Below are positions 9,229-18,161 of a stretch of 44,853 bases of DNA, piece after piece (the first letter of the stretch is position 1; every line of letters starts with the position of its first letter). Origin of the DNA: an uncultured archaeon (lineage in GTDB: Archaea; Aenigmatarchaeota; Aenigmatarchaeia; CG10238-14); the NCBI GenBank assembly GCA_964392445.1, contig CAYMPD010000007.1, forward strand, positions 1 to 44,853, read 5' to 3'. A program made the position numbers and the translations under genes. The notes below the pieces were generated by a model. That model was not told the origin of the DNA and searched no databases. It worked only from the letters and a program-made list of their open reading frames with translations.

Positions 9229-9766
9229 GTACGCTATCATACCCCACTTTTGCTGCTCTTTTATTCGATTCAATAACCTTTTCAGAATATTTTTTCAACT
9301 TTTTCTCAATTGCCTTCTCAAGATTTTCAAGTGTTATTTTACTCTCTAATTTTTTCACAAGTAAGCCTAACATAACCGTGTTCGGAATAGGTTTACCTAT
9401 AATATCTAAAGCTATGGTCGTTGCATCCGTGCAGATGAAATTCTCTTTTCTATCAAATCCTAACTTATGTGCCCGATTAGTATTAACCAGAATTAATGTT
9501 AAATCATCAGTTCCTTTAAGCATTTTTTCAAAATCAAGTGTATCGTCCAGTATTACAACAATATCGGGTTTTGTAATATAGCCTCTCTCAAGTATCTGGT
9601 CCTTATCTATCCTCACAAAACTAACTACTGGTGCTCCCCGTCTTTCTGCACCATATAAACTGAAATCTTGTGTTCTAAATCCAGATAAGAATGCTGCTTT
9701 TCCTAGAACATGTGCACATGTTTTTACACCTGCACCTCCTCGGCCATGTATACGGATTTCTAGCAT
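9221..9766 (-). CDS. porC: Pyruvate/2-oxoacid:ferredoxin oxidoreductase gamma subunit
   Basis: EIRIHGRGGAG, YGAERRGAPV, PIPNTVMLG. Confidence 0.93.
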   Translation of the reverse strand: MLEIRIHGRGGAGVKTCAHVLGKAAFLSGFRTQDFSLYGAERRGAPVVSFVRIDKDQILERGYITKPDIVVILDDTLDFEKMLKGTDDLTLILVNTNRAHKLGFDRKENFICTDATTIALDIIGKPIPNTVMLGLLVKKLESKITLENLEKAIEKKLKKYSEKVIESNKRAAKVGYDSVHG

Positions 9767-9821
9767 TAACTCACACTAACTATTTGGTTTAGACTAATAT
9801 TAAGTTTTGTGTGGGTTTTTT

Positions 9822-10292
9822 TCAAGTGGTCTTATCAAGGATCAAATGACTCAAATAACCCCAAATTATAACCAAAAAATAAAGTCCAAACTCAAATCCC
9901 GAAAATTCGAACATCAACCAAAGTAAAAAAGTTAATAATGAGGAAATTACTAAAGAGAACCAGAGAGTATGTGTTATCCCACGATGTTTAGTTGGGAAGA
10001 ATCGAAAAACTAGGTAAATAAATACAAAAATCACTACTGAAGAAACAACAGAGGTCACAGAGAAATTAATTATCAAATAACCAACTAAAACTACAGCAAG
10101 AATTAACGATACATACTTACGAATATTACTTTTAGGTGTGTCGATATCAGGAAAAATAGTAGCAAGTAAATTAAATAAAAGAAGGAAAAGAATTAGAAAA
10201 GGGTCTTTAATCCAACCCTGACCATAAAGAGAAATCAGAATAACAATAACAAAAATTAAGTCAAAGATTAAATGAATTTTCCAAGATGGCAA
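9822..10292 (-). CDS. Membrane-bound metal-dependent hydrolase (YdjM/DUF457-like); integration target
   Basis: H near N-terminus, FPDID, HRGITH, GYLSHLILD; TTG start; first codons contain the att core. Confidence 0.82.
   Translation of the reverse strand: MPSWKIHLIFDLIFVIVILISLYGQGWIKDPFLILFLLLFNLLATIFPDIDTPKSNIRKYVSLILAVVLVGYLIINFSVTSVVSSVVIFVFIYLVFRFFPTKHRGITHTLWFSLVISSLLTFLLWLMFEFSGFEFGLYFLVIIWGYLSHLILDKTT
10277..10291. repeat. attL core TTTTCCAAGATGGCA
   Basis: Exact 15-bp match to 34029-34043; 56 bp upstream of the integrase ATG. Confidence 0.85.
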
Positions 10293-10317
10293 TCGACATC
10301 ACGTGCATTAACTGCTC

Positions 10318-10325
10318 TTAATAAA
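10318..10325. promoter_or_regulatory. Putative bidirectional TATA box (TTAATAAA/TTTATTAA) for integrase and reconstituted hydrolase gene
   Basis: 22 nt before the integrase ATG on + and 25 nt before the hydrolase TTG on -. Confidence 0.45.
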
Positions 10326-10347
10326 GTATTATGCCGTTGATTAATAT

Positions 10348-11541
10348 ATGTCAGATGAAGTGGATAAAGATATTCAAAGGTTCAAAAATCACATACATTC
10401 AATGTTAAATTCGGAAGAATTGCTAGAGTCACAAAGAAAAGTTCTTAAGAGATATGATAAGATGAACCAAGCAAACGAATTGGAGGTAAGAACAAGAAGA
10501 AATTATCTTTGTAATTTAAAATCCTTCAGCAAAGAAATAAAGAAACCATATAAAGAAATGACAAAGGATGATATAGTAGATTTTTGTGCTTATATTGATG
10601 AGAACTGGAAAAAGAACACAATTAAATCAGCTAAATTTACTATAAGAGCATTTTTTAAATGGTTATATGATTCTGATGATTACCCAAGTGTTGTGAGTTG
10701 GATAAAGCCAAAGTCTAGTCCTGGTAGTAGAAAGAACCGCGATGAATTATTAACTGAAGAAGAAGTTCTTAAAATGCTTAATGCAACTACTAATCCCAGA
10801 GATAAAGCCCTTATTATGTTATTATTTGAGATAGGGATAAGAGGAACACAAGCTAGTAGATTGAAATTAAAAGATGTTACTTTTGATGAGAACGGTGGTT
10901 TAATATTCATACGGGGGATGAAGAAAGGAAGAGATAGCAGGATAAGAACAATTCAATCTACCCCTTTTCTCAAGAATTGGATCAATAATCACCCAAGGAA
11001 GGATGATAGGGAAGCACCTTTATTCGTTTCATTGTATGCACCACACGGGAGATTTTATAGAGGTGGAATGTATCAAATGGTTAAAAGAGTGGCAAAAAGG
11101 GCTGGAATTAAGAAGAATGTTTATCTCCACCTTTTTAGACATTCCGCTATGACGAATTTAGTAGATCAGGGTTTTGTTGAGTCTGAATTGGAGATAATAG
11201 GTACATGGGTAGAGGGGTCAGAGGCAACAAAAATATATGTTCATCCTACTGAAGAAAGCGTAAATAAAAAAAGATTGAGGAAAGAAGGAATCTTTAAGAA
11301 GGAAGATAAGAAAACAGAGAAAATACTTAAACCTAAAAGATGCATTAAATGTGGTTTTGATAAAAACCCAGCGACAAATAAATATTGTGAGGAATGCTTC
11401 TTTCCATTGGATTCTAAGAGTGCTATGGAATTAGATGAAAAAAGGAAAGAGTTGGATAAGAAAATCGAAAAGTTACATCCTTTATTAAAGAAACTTGAAG
11501 AGAACCCAGACATTCTAGAAAAATTAAGCAACGCGAAATGA
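10348..11541 (+). CDS. Tyrosine recombinase/integrase with C-terminal Zn ribbon
   Basis: N-terminal core-binding region; EIGIRG (R), K in GMKK, HLFRHS (HxxR), GTW, KIYVH (Y); CIKC...CEEC. Confidence 0.93.
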   Translation: MSDEVDKDIQRFKNHIHSMLNSEELLESQRKVLKRYDKMNQANELEVRTRRNYLCNLKSFSKEIKKPYKEMTKDDIVDFCAYIDENWKKNTIKSAKFTIRAFFKWLYDSDDYPSVVSWIKPKSSPGSRKNRDELLTEEEVLKMLNATTNPRDKALIMLLFEIGIRGTQASRLKLKDVTFDENGGLIFIRGMKKGRDSRIRTIQSTPFLKNWINNHPRKDDREAPLFVSLYAPHGRFYRGGMYQMVKRVAKRAGIKKNVYLHLFRHSAMTNLVDQGFVESELEIIGTWVEGSEATKIYVHPTEESVNKKRLRKEGIFKKEDKKTEKILKPKRCIKCGFDKNPATNKYCEECFFPLDSKSAMELDEKRKELDKKIEKLHPLLKKLEENPDILEKLSNAK

Positions 11542-11542
11542 T

Positions 11543-12703
11543 CTACTCCCTCTCATGTTCTTTTAACAATTGAATAAAATACTTCTCCAGATTGCTACCT
11601 GGTAAAACATGAAATATCAATGTATTGCCACCACCAACATAGGGGGAACAGCTGGAATTAAACCTATTATCACTAGAAATCTGTTCCTCTGGGGTTTCAA
11701 CTTTGGGTGATAGGGTATGGGGGGTGTAGTTATATTTATCTCCCCTTACAAAACTTATGGGAATGGAAGTAACAAAATTATTAACTGAGTTAAAATGTTC
11801 CCCCAACAAACGCTTCATATATCCGTCCAAAATACTGTAAAGTCCAGAATTGAGACCTATATAAGTACCTCTCTTTCTCTTAAACTTTTTCAAGTAATTT
11901 TTGAATAATTTTATCTCAACCTTTACCAGTTTTTCTTCTTTCAGTATTTGTGAAATTGTATTAAATGGGATACCAGCGAGACCATCTAAGATTCCATTAG
12001 GATTAGGTTTATGTTTTGGGTGATAGAATTTTATTCTTGCACCATTTAGTTGAGAAAATTGTTTTAGGTCAGTGGAGATTTCACCTGCTACATACTTTAT
12101 CTTAGAGTCTTTATTCCTAATTGCTTTGCAGATTTCTGTTTGATCTGTAAGTTGTTTTACTATTTGTGCATTGTCAGGAATGGCTATGTGAGGGTATATT
12201 TTTTCAGTCAAATTCCGTAGGTCTTCATAATCAATGATAATAAATTTATAGACCTCGAGAATTGTGCATTCACCAACATCCACTTTGGGGAAGAACACTT
12301 TGTGTATCCGACCCTTGGATTCTTTTCTGTCTAATGTAGTGAAATCAGTAAGGAAACTCTCGATGCGTTTTGGTATAGTATAATCTCTTCTTAGATCTGT
12401 GAAATCAAAATATAACGCTTTCTTGTGGAAGGTTACATTACCCACTCCCTGTAGAAGGGACTGACAGATGGGGCACATCTGAACTGCGTTATACCTAACT
12501 TTTATAATTTCTGGATGTTTAGGACATGAAAGGAGTTTGAAAGTAAAAGATTTATTCTGTTTGTTTAACTTCTTCTCCGCCGCATTTAGTCTTTCATTCA
12601 TTTTATCAATGAGGTTAGTGTCTTCTGTGTCTTTTAACTTTACTGAATACCTACCATGATGAAGACCTGAACCATCTAATTCATAATACCTAAACTTACC
12701 CAT
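11543..12703 (-). CDS. Hypothetical protein with CPKH...CPIC Zn-binding motif
   Basis: 386-aa ORF, last gene of the leftward operon; function unknown. Confidence 0.6.
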   Translation of the reverse strand: MGKFRYYELDGSGLHHGRYSVKLKDTEDTNLIDKMNERLNAAEKKLNKQNKSFTFKLLSCPKHPEIIKVRYNAVQMCPICQSLLQGVGNVTFHKKALYFDFTDLRRDYTIPKRIESFLTDFTTLDRKESKGRIHKVFFPKVDVGECTILEVYKFIIIDYEDLRNLTEKIYPHIAIPDNAQIVKQLTDQTEICKAIRNKDSKIKYVAGEISTDLKQFSQLNGARIKFYHPKHKPNPNGILDGLAGIPFNTISQILKEEKLVKVEIKLFKNYLKKFKRKRGTYIGLNSGLYSILDGYMKRLLGEHFNSVNNFVTSIPISFVRGDKYNYTPHTLSPKVETPEEQISSDNRFNSSCSPYVGGGNTLIFHVLPGSNLEKYFIQLLKEHERE

Positions 12704-13013
12704 CTACACCCCTCTCCTTTCTATTGGCGTCTTCTCCTGATCTCAACTGATCCTTTTTAACTTTTAATCCACGGCAGTTCCACTCTAGAAATTCATAACG
12801 TTTAGCCATTGACTTCATACATCTACGTGTTTTACTTTTATCGAATGAGAACCAGGTAGCGAAATTTTTATAGAGTGATTTTCTCGAGATACTTCTTCCA
12901 AGTAAGAATTCCTGCTCGAAATTATTTTGTAGTCGTTCCAGCGCTATGGGAAGAAAATCAAATGATGAAGACTGTTCTTTATTAAGTTCTTTGTTCATAT
13001 ACATTATTATCAC
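12696..13013 (-). CDS. Small basic hypothetical protein (possibly wHTH)
   Basis: GGTGTGA RBS; overlaps the next gene. Confidence 0.55.
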   Translation of the reverse strand: MIIMYMNKELNKEQSSSFDFLPIALERLQNNFEQEFLLGRSISRKSLYKNFATWFSFDKSKTRRCMKSMAKRYEFLEWNCRGLKVKKDQLRSGEDANRKERGVDG

Positions 13014-13045
13014 ACCAATTCGTGAGAAGGCTTAGGGACCTTCTT

Positions 13046-13135
13046 TCATTTTTTCTTCTTTTCTATTAACTCCTCTATCCTTTCCAATGTCGTGATCCAG
13101 ATATCATATTTCTTTAATCGTTCTTCAGGTCTCAT
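13046..13135 (-). CDS. 29-aa microprotein MRPEERLKKYDIWITTLERIEELIEKKKK (below ORF-track cutoff)
   Basis: ATG overlaps the stop region of 13125..13418 and fills the operon gap. Confidence 0.5.
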   Translation of the reverse strand: MRPEERLKKYDIWITTLERIEELIEKKKK

Positions 13136-13418
13136 TTGCCATCAACTTCGCAATTTCTTGATCTTCATCATCATAACTAGAGATAGCCGGGATTTTTCTC
13201 CATCCTAAAATACAGATTCTTGTATTCGGTCTATCTTTTTTAGCACCTAATCTTCTCTTGAGCTCTTGGAGGTATTTGAGGGAGGAGACTTCCACATTAA
13301 GGATTATTCCATCATTAGATTCTGATATCTCAAAAAACGGAATCGAAAGTTTTGAAAGTATTTTGATTAAGTTTGGTTTTTGTCCTGTTATTTTTATTTT
13401 ACTTCTAATATGCATCAA
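13125..13418 (-). CDS. Hypothetical protein, first gene of the leftward operon
   Basis: Divergent from the wHTH regulator across a 78-bp gap. Confidence 0.55.
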   Translation of the reverse strand: MMHIRSKIKITGQKPNLIKILSKLSIPFFEISESNDGIILNVEVSSLKYLQELKRRLGAKKDRPNTRICILGWRKIPAISSYDDEDQEIAKLMANET

Positions 13419-13496
13419 ACCCCCTTCAAATATTAGCAGATAATTACAAAGTATTAGAAAGGGTAAAGCTTACTTTACCTTTTTTGGTGATAGAAT

Positions 13497-14441
13497 ATGT
13501 CAGAGAGGAAATCCAAGAAATCGGTTATACTCAAAAGAATAGCAAGATCTTATGGAAGTTATACGAGATTGAGGGATGACACAGGGGTCAGTGATAGGAC
13601 CTTATCCAAATGGTTAGGTGTTTTTGAAGAAAAGGGTCTAATTGAGAAAGTATTATCAAATGGAAGTATTGTTTATAAAATAACAGAAAAGGGATTGAGT
13701 TCATTAAAAAATGAAAAAAATAATATAAAACCTAAGAAAAAGACCAAGATATTCCAATCGTATAGAAGATATTTAGAAGATGAGAGGACATTCGATGCTG
13801 AACATCGAGAAATACATCCTCCCCGAACTAAGGATTATGATAAAGCCTATGATTTCGTACATTATTCTTATGTTGATGATAGTCCCAAGAAGATAACTAA
13901 AATTATGGAAGAATTTAAGATCGATGTGAGTCTAACTATTATCTATTCGCTCTTGTACGCAAAACCAATGAAAATTGATGAATTGTTTAATTTAATGTCT
14001 ATCTATCCAGGTATCACGAGAGAATACATAGAATCAAAAATAAATCTATTATTGGGAAAGGGAATTTTAGATACATTGACGAGACAGGAACTCAAAAATT
14101 GGGGAATAATTGATTTTAAAGATACTTATTATAACGTAAGATCTCATTTATTGATAAGATTCCTATTCGGAGATATATTTAATATTATTAATCTTAAACA
14201 ATCCAAAATTGACTTATTATTTGATTTCTTTGTTTCTAAAGAATTCAGAGAAAAATACAAGACTACATTCCAAGATGCTGAATCTATAGATATTTTTTCC
14301 TATTCAGAGAAATTGATATATCATGAAATATTGGATCGATTTAATGAAGACGTGATATTCTCAAATAATCTGATAGATATCTTCTTATCAAATAAAAGAA
14401 GGATTCCTTTGTCGATAAGATTGGGTAATGCAATAAATTAA
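13497..14441 (+). CDS. wHTH transcriptional regulator with long C-terminal domain (candidate repressor)
   Basis: YTRLRDDTGVSDRTLSKWLGVFEEKGLIEK...VYKITEKG winged helix; GGTGA RBS. Confidence 0.7.
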   Translation: MSERKSKKSVILKRIARSYGSYTRLRDDTGVSDRTLSKWLGVFEEKGLIEKVLSNGSIVYKITEKGLSSLKNEKNNIKPKKKTKIFQSYRRYLEDERTFDAEHREIHPPRTKDYDKAYDFVHYSYVDDSPKKITKIMEEFKIDVSLTIIYSLLYAKPMKIDELFNLMSIYPGITREYIESKINLLLGKGILDTLTRQELKNWGIIDFKDTYYNVRSHLLIRFLFGDIFNIINLKQSKIDLLFDFFVSKEFREKYKTTFQDAESIDIFSYSEKLIYHEILDRFNEDVIFSNNLIDIFLSNKRRIPLSIRLGNAIN

Positions 14442-14442
14442 C

Positions 14443-14967
14443 CTATCTTCTATGTGCCCTCGTAAAAGGTGAAGACCTCTCTCTCACTTTCAAAACTGTA
14501 AATGGTCTATGTCTATCGAAATCATAACCCTTTACTGCAAGAGACAAAGCCCAGAAATTGCTCAAGTCTTTGTTGATAATCTCATTGTTGTTACTGACAG
14601 CCCTGTTCGTTTCACTTATCAACTTCTTACAATTACTAGGTAAGATTAGTTCTTTACTCAAGAGCTTACCTTTAACAGAATCTATGAATGATTTCTTGTT
14701 ATCATCAGTGATCTTCTTATCTGTCCTTATACCTCTGTGAATATTACGGTCAATAACCAAGTTTCTACCTACTATAGTATTTGTGAGCAACCTATTCAAT
14801 TCCAAATCAAGTAAATACTTGGATATACTATCCAAATCTTGAGTTTCGGTTATCTCCTCAATTCTTAGTTTGCCGTTAGACTGTGATAGCAAAACTGAAC
14901 AGAATTCAAAGCTATCTTCGTTGAGATACACTCCACAATAATACCCTTCTAAATCTTTCTCACGCAT
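14443..14967 (-). CDS. Degenerate paralogue of the terminase RNase H-like nuclease domain
   Basis: Co-linear by eye with the C-terminal domain of the adjacent TerL; catalytic Asp positions not conserved. Confidence 0.55.
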   Translation of the reverse strand: MREKDLEGYYCGVYLNEDSFEFCSVLLSQSNGKLRIEEITETQDLDSISKYLLDLELNRLLTNTIVGRNLVIDRNIHRGIRTDKKITDDNKKSFIDSVKGKLLSKELILPSNCKKLISETNRAVSNNNEIINKDLSNFWALSLAVKGYDFDRHRPFTVLKVRERSSPFTRAHRR

Positions 14968-16232
14968 ACTTCATAATCCTCCGTAAACTTTTCCGCTACA
15001 TGATGCATTGGATTTCTATTAGCAAATACACATAAAGCCAGGGACATCACCATGTCGTCATGGTGCGGGTTTTTACTGAACTTGAAATTCCTCAGTTCGT
15101 TTATCAATTTACTGTCATTCGGAATTATTAATTTCTTGTTCTCGAACTTATTCCTCAGGAAGCTCAACAGATCCAACCTACTTTGCTTGGTGAATTTGAA
15201 CCCTTCCACTGGTAAACCTTTGTCTCGGATTTCCTCGAAAAGTGGTTCACCCAATCCCGTCTGATCAACAAGAATCTTGATGGGTCTGAAATTGTTGTTT
15301 ATCTGGTCTAGTACTTTCAACTGCTGGGAATAGTCAATCTTGTTGAACCTCTCGATATGAAATACCTTCAGATTGTTGGATTCAGTTCTTTGTACAACTG
15401 TGAATACCGAGAAGTCTTTGAGTTTAGCAAAGTCACAACCTACAAAATAAGTTCTGTCTTTTCCATGATTAACCATATCATATTCCTGAACACATGGGAG
15501 AATTAATGAATAGGGGAAGTAAGCGGTCTTCTCTTCCAGAAATTCGGCATTATACTCCTGCCTAAAGGTTAGTTCATCCATCTCATTTCTATCTTTTTCC
15601 AGATCCCTTTTGTTGATTGAAGGACATTGTTCTGATTTTATTTGCGACACAAAAGCACTCTTCCAGTTACTAAAGCATTCCCAGAAGAATCCTCGTTTTC
15701 CCAGAGGTGTTGATATTAACCATAAATTACCACCAGTCCGAATTAGCATTGGTTTGACAGCTCGATAATAAATTGAATCATCCTTGAAATGAGCAGCTTC
15801 GTCTATGTAAATAACGTCAGCAGAGTAACCAAGTATTGTTGAGATTGAATCTGGTAATGATATTATCCTAGAACCTGTGTCTAATTCTAGTTCGGTCTTA
15901 CTCCAGTTGTCAGAGTCTATACTGGGCTTCAGGAATTCATTAGTCTCTATTGTGGTCTTGATTTCTTTTAGGATTCTGACCGATTGTCTTAGTGAGGGCG
16001 AGAGTATCAACTGGAGGGAATTGGGTTGAGTAAACGCAGTATAGATGGACATAACTTTGATTACTGTTGATTTACCTGACTGTCGTCCCCAGACTAGGAG
16101 TTTGTTCTTAGAACTATCCAGAATTGCTTCTCTCTGATAATCATGTGGTTTGAAATCAAGAACTTGAGAAAGGAAGAAGATTGGATCTTGTTTACTTTTC
16201 TTCACAAATTCAGTTTTATCCATCATCACCAT
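14949..16232 (-). CDS. terL: Terminase large subunit
   Basis: Q-motif PHDYQ, Walker A GRQSGKS, Walker B IYIDEAAH, ISTP coupling motif, RQEYNAEF, nuclease VGCDFAK, LVDQTG, HDDMV. Confidence 0.92.
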   Translation of the reverse strand: MVMMDKTEFVKKSKQDPIFFLSQVLDFKPHDYQREAILDSSKNKLLVWGRQSGKSTVIKVMSIYTAFTQPNSLQLILSPSLRQSVRILKEIKTTIETNEFLKPSIDSDNWSKTELELDTGSRIISLPDSISTILGYSADVIYIDEAAHFKDDSIYYRAVKPMLIRTGGNLWLISTPLGKRGFFWECFSNWKSAFVSQIKSEQCPSINKRDLEKDRNEMDELTFRQEYNAEFLEEKTAYFPYSLILPCVQEYDMVNHGKDRTYFVGCDFAKLKDFSVFTVVQRTESNNLKVFHIERFNKIDYSQQLKVLDQINNNFRPIKILVDQTGLGEPLFEEIRDKGLPVEGFKFTKQSRLDLLSFLRNKFENKKLIIPNDSKLINELRNFKFSKNPHHDDMVMSLALCVFANRNPMHHVAEKFTEDYEVCVRKI

Positions 16233-16650
16233 CTTCGAATAGTTTGGATAATGTTAGATTCCCGGATAATTCTATGGACTTTGTTTGTTTTGGTGCTACA
16301 CCTAATTTCTGGAGGTTAAACACATAATCGTTCATTAATTTTCTCCTGAGTTTCATTATTCGGATACAGGAATTTACGTCGCCTTTTGCTTTGGCTTCTT
16401 TGTATAGATCCATTAATTCTTTTATGGAATTCTTGTGCGTGGTTTCTACTTCAACAAGTATTTGGGAATACTCTTCGTTTGATAATTGTTGTTTCAATTC
16501 TTTATCTAGTGCTTCAATATCTCTGTGGACCGTTCTTCTATTCACGTCTAGTTCTTCTGCTATTTCTGTGTTATTATATCCCTGGAAGAGTAATTCCATG
16601 ACCTTCTGTCTTCTGGCTACGACTTTCGGATGTGTGACATTCTGGGACAT
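16216..16650 (-). CDS. terS: Putative terminase small subunit (N-terminal HTH)
   Basis: QGYNNTEIAEELDVNRRTVHRDI HTH, helical middle region, overlaps the terL start. Confidence 0.7.
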   Translation of the reverse strand: MSQNVTHPKVVARRQKVMELLFQGYNNTEIAEELDVNRRTVHRDIEALDKELKQQLSNEEYSQILVEVETTHKNSIKELMDLYKEAKAKGDVNSCIRIMKLRRKLMNDYVFNLQKLGVAPKQTKSIELSGNLTLSKLFEDGDDG

Positions 16651-16701
16651 TTTATCTGGTAATATTTTGGTGCGTTAGATATTTAACTAACATACTAGGA
16701 G

Positions 16702-16740
16702 CGAGCATTTAACGAGGACGAAGTCCGAGTATAAAGCGAG
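16702..16740. repeat. CGAG x4 element with central GAC-GAA-GTC hairpin
   Basis: CGAG at 16702, 16713, 16726 and 16737 (spacing 11/13/11); arms CATTTAA and TATAAAG. Confidence 0.45.
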
Positions 16741-16841
16741 CTGGATGAATCGGATATCTGTAATTTATTTTTATATTTTAACAAGAACTTAATTAATGTT
16801 TGTAATCTTATAACTTATATGATTATCTCGAAGGGATATAA

Positions 16842-18161
16842 ATGACAGCTGAAATTGTGATAATGAACAAAGAAGCAATAGCTATTGCAGCCGATAGTGC
16901 GGTCACGATGATTGAGGAGGGGGGACAAAAAATTAAAACATCTGCAAATAAAGTTTTTACTTTGTCTAAGTATCACCCCGTTGGCATAATGGTTTATGGG
17001 GGAGCAATTTTTATGGGAATTCCATGGGAGACCATAATTAAGATTTACAGAAATAAATTGGGAAAAAAGAGGTTTGATACATTAAATGAATATACTGAGG
17101 ATTTCATAAAATTTCTAGATAATGGTAATCCATTATTCCCATCTTCTTTACAAGATGATTATTTAAAGAGCTCCATCTATGCTTACTTTAATTTTATTAA
17201 GATTAAAATCAAGGAAGAAGTAGAATCTAAAATTAATGAAAAGGGAGAGATCAGTAATAAAGAAATTAAAAAAATAGTATCGGAAATAATAAAAGAGGAT
17301 TATAGAACTTGGAACGAAACTGATAATATCTCATCTATTCCTGAAAAATATAATAGAGATATAATTGATAAGTACGGGAAGATAATTGATGAATCCATAG
17401 AAGAGATTTTTGAGGAATTACCCATGTCTAAAATCCTGTCAGATAAATTAAAAAAAATTGCAACGAGCTTATTTTCAAAATTTCCAGAAGGCGTTCAAAA
17501 AAGTGGAATTTCTGGTCTTGTTATAACTGGTTTTGGGGATAAAGAGACTTTTCCTTCAGTTAAATCGTTTTTTATTGAGGGAGTAGTTAATGATAGATTA
17601 AAATATAAAGAAGACGGGGATAGGTCTATGGAAATTAATTTTAAGTCAGGAGCCTCAATAATCCCTTTTGCTCAAAGTGAAATGGTAGAAATGTTCATGG
17701 AAGGAATAGATCCTTTCTATAGAAACATTGAGAAAAATTATCTATCTGAAGTTTTTAGTAAATATGCAGAAATAATTATTGATAGCATAGAAAAATATTC
17801 TAAAAATGAAAAAAATAAACTCAAAAAGAAACTGAATAAAATGACTAAAAAGATACTTAACGATCACAATGAAAAATTAGAAAACTACAGAAAGAGAAAG
17901 TATATTATCCCCGTTATAAATGTAGTTACGATGCTCCCAAAAGATGAGCTTGCAGCAATGGCAGAATCACTCGTAAATTTAACGTCCTTTAAAAGAAAAG
18001 TTACTATGGAAAGTGAAACAGTTGGTGGTCCAATTGACGTTGCTGTAATTTCCAAGGGTGATGGTTTTATATGGATTAAAAGAAAACATTATTTCAAGGG
18101 AGAACTGAACCCCCAGTTTTTTGCAAACTATTATAGAGGTGTGGGATATGAAAAAGAATAA
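16842..18161 (+). CDS. Putative Ntn-hydrolase (proteasome beta/HslV-like) with N-terminal Thr and large helical insertion
   Basis: M-T-AEIVIMNKEAIAIAADSAVT...NKVF and C-terminal ETVGGPIDVAVISKGDG match the two halves of the proteasome beta pattern. Confidence 0.62.
   Translation: MTAEIVIMNKEAIAIAADSAVTMIEEGGQKIKTSANKVFTLSKYHPVGIMVYGGAIFMGIPWETIIKIYRNKLGKKRFDTLNEYTEDFIKFLDNGNPLFPSSLQDDYLKSSIYAYFNFIKIKIKEEVESKINEKGEISNKEIKKIVSEIIKEDYRTWNETDNISSIPEKYNRDIIDKYGKIIDESIEEIFEELPMSKILSDKLKKIATSLFSKFPEGVQKSGISGLVITGFGDKETFPSVKSFFIEGVVNDRLKYKEDGDRSMEINFKSGASIIPFAQSEMVEMFMEGIDPFYRNIEKNYLSEVFSKYAEIIIDSIEKYSKNEKNKLKKKLNKMTKKILNDHNEKLENYRKRKYIIPVINVVTMLPKDELAAMAESLVNLTSFKRKVTMESETVGGPIDVAVISKGDGFIWIKRKHYFKGELNPQFFANYYRGVGYEKE

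Noticed and set aside
16672-16760. Integron attC site (GTTAGAT...CTAAC plus hairpin)
   Set aside because: The R'/R'' boxes are in the wrong order relative to the hairpin, there is no cassette array, and the integrase shows no evident IntI-specific insertion. Kept only as an unexplained palindrome.
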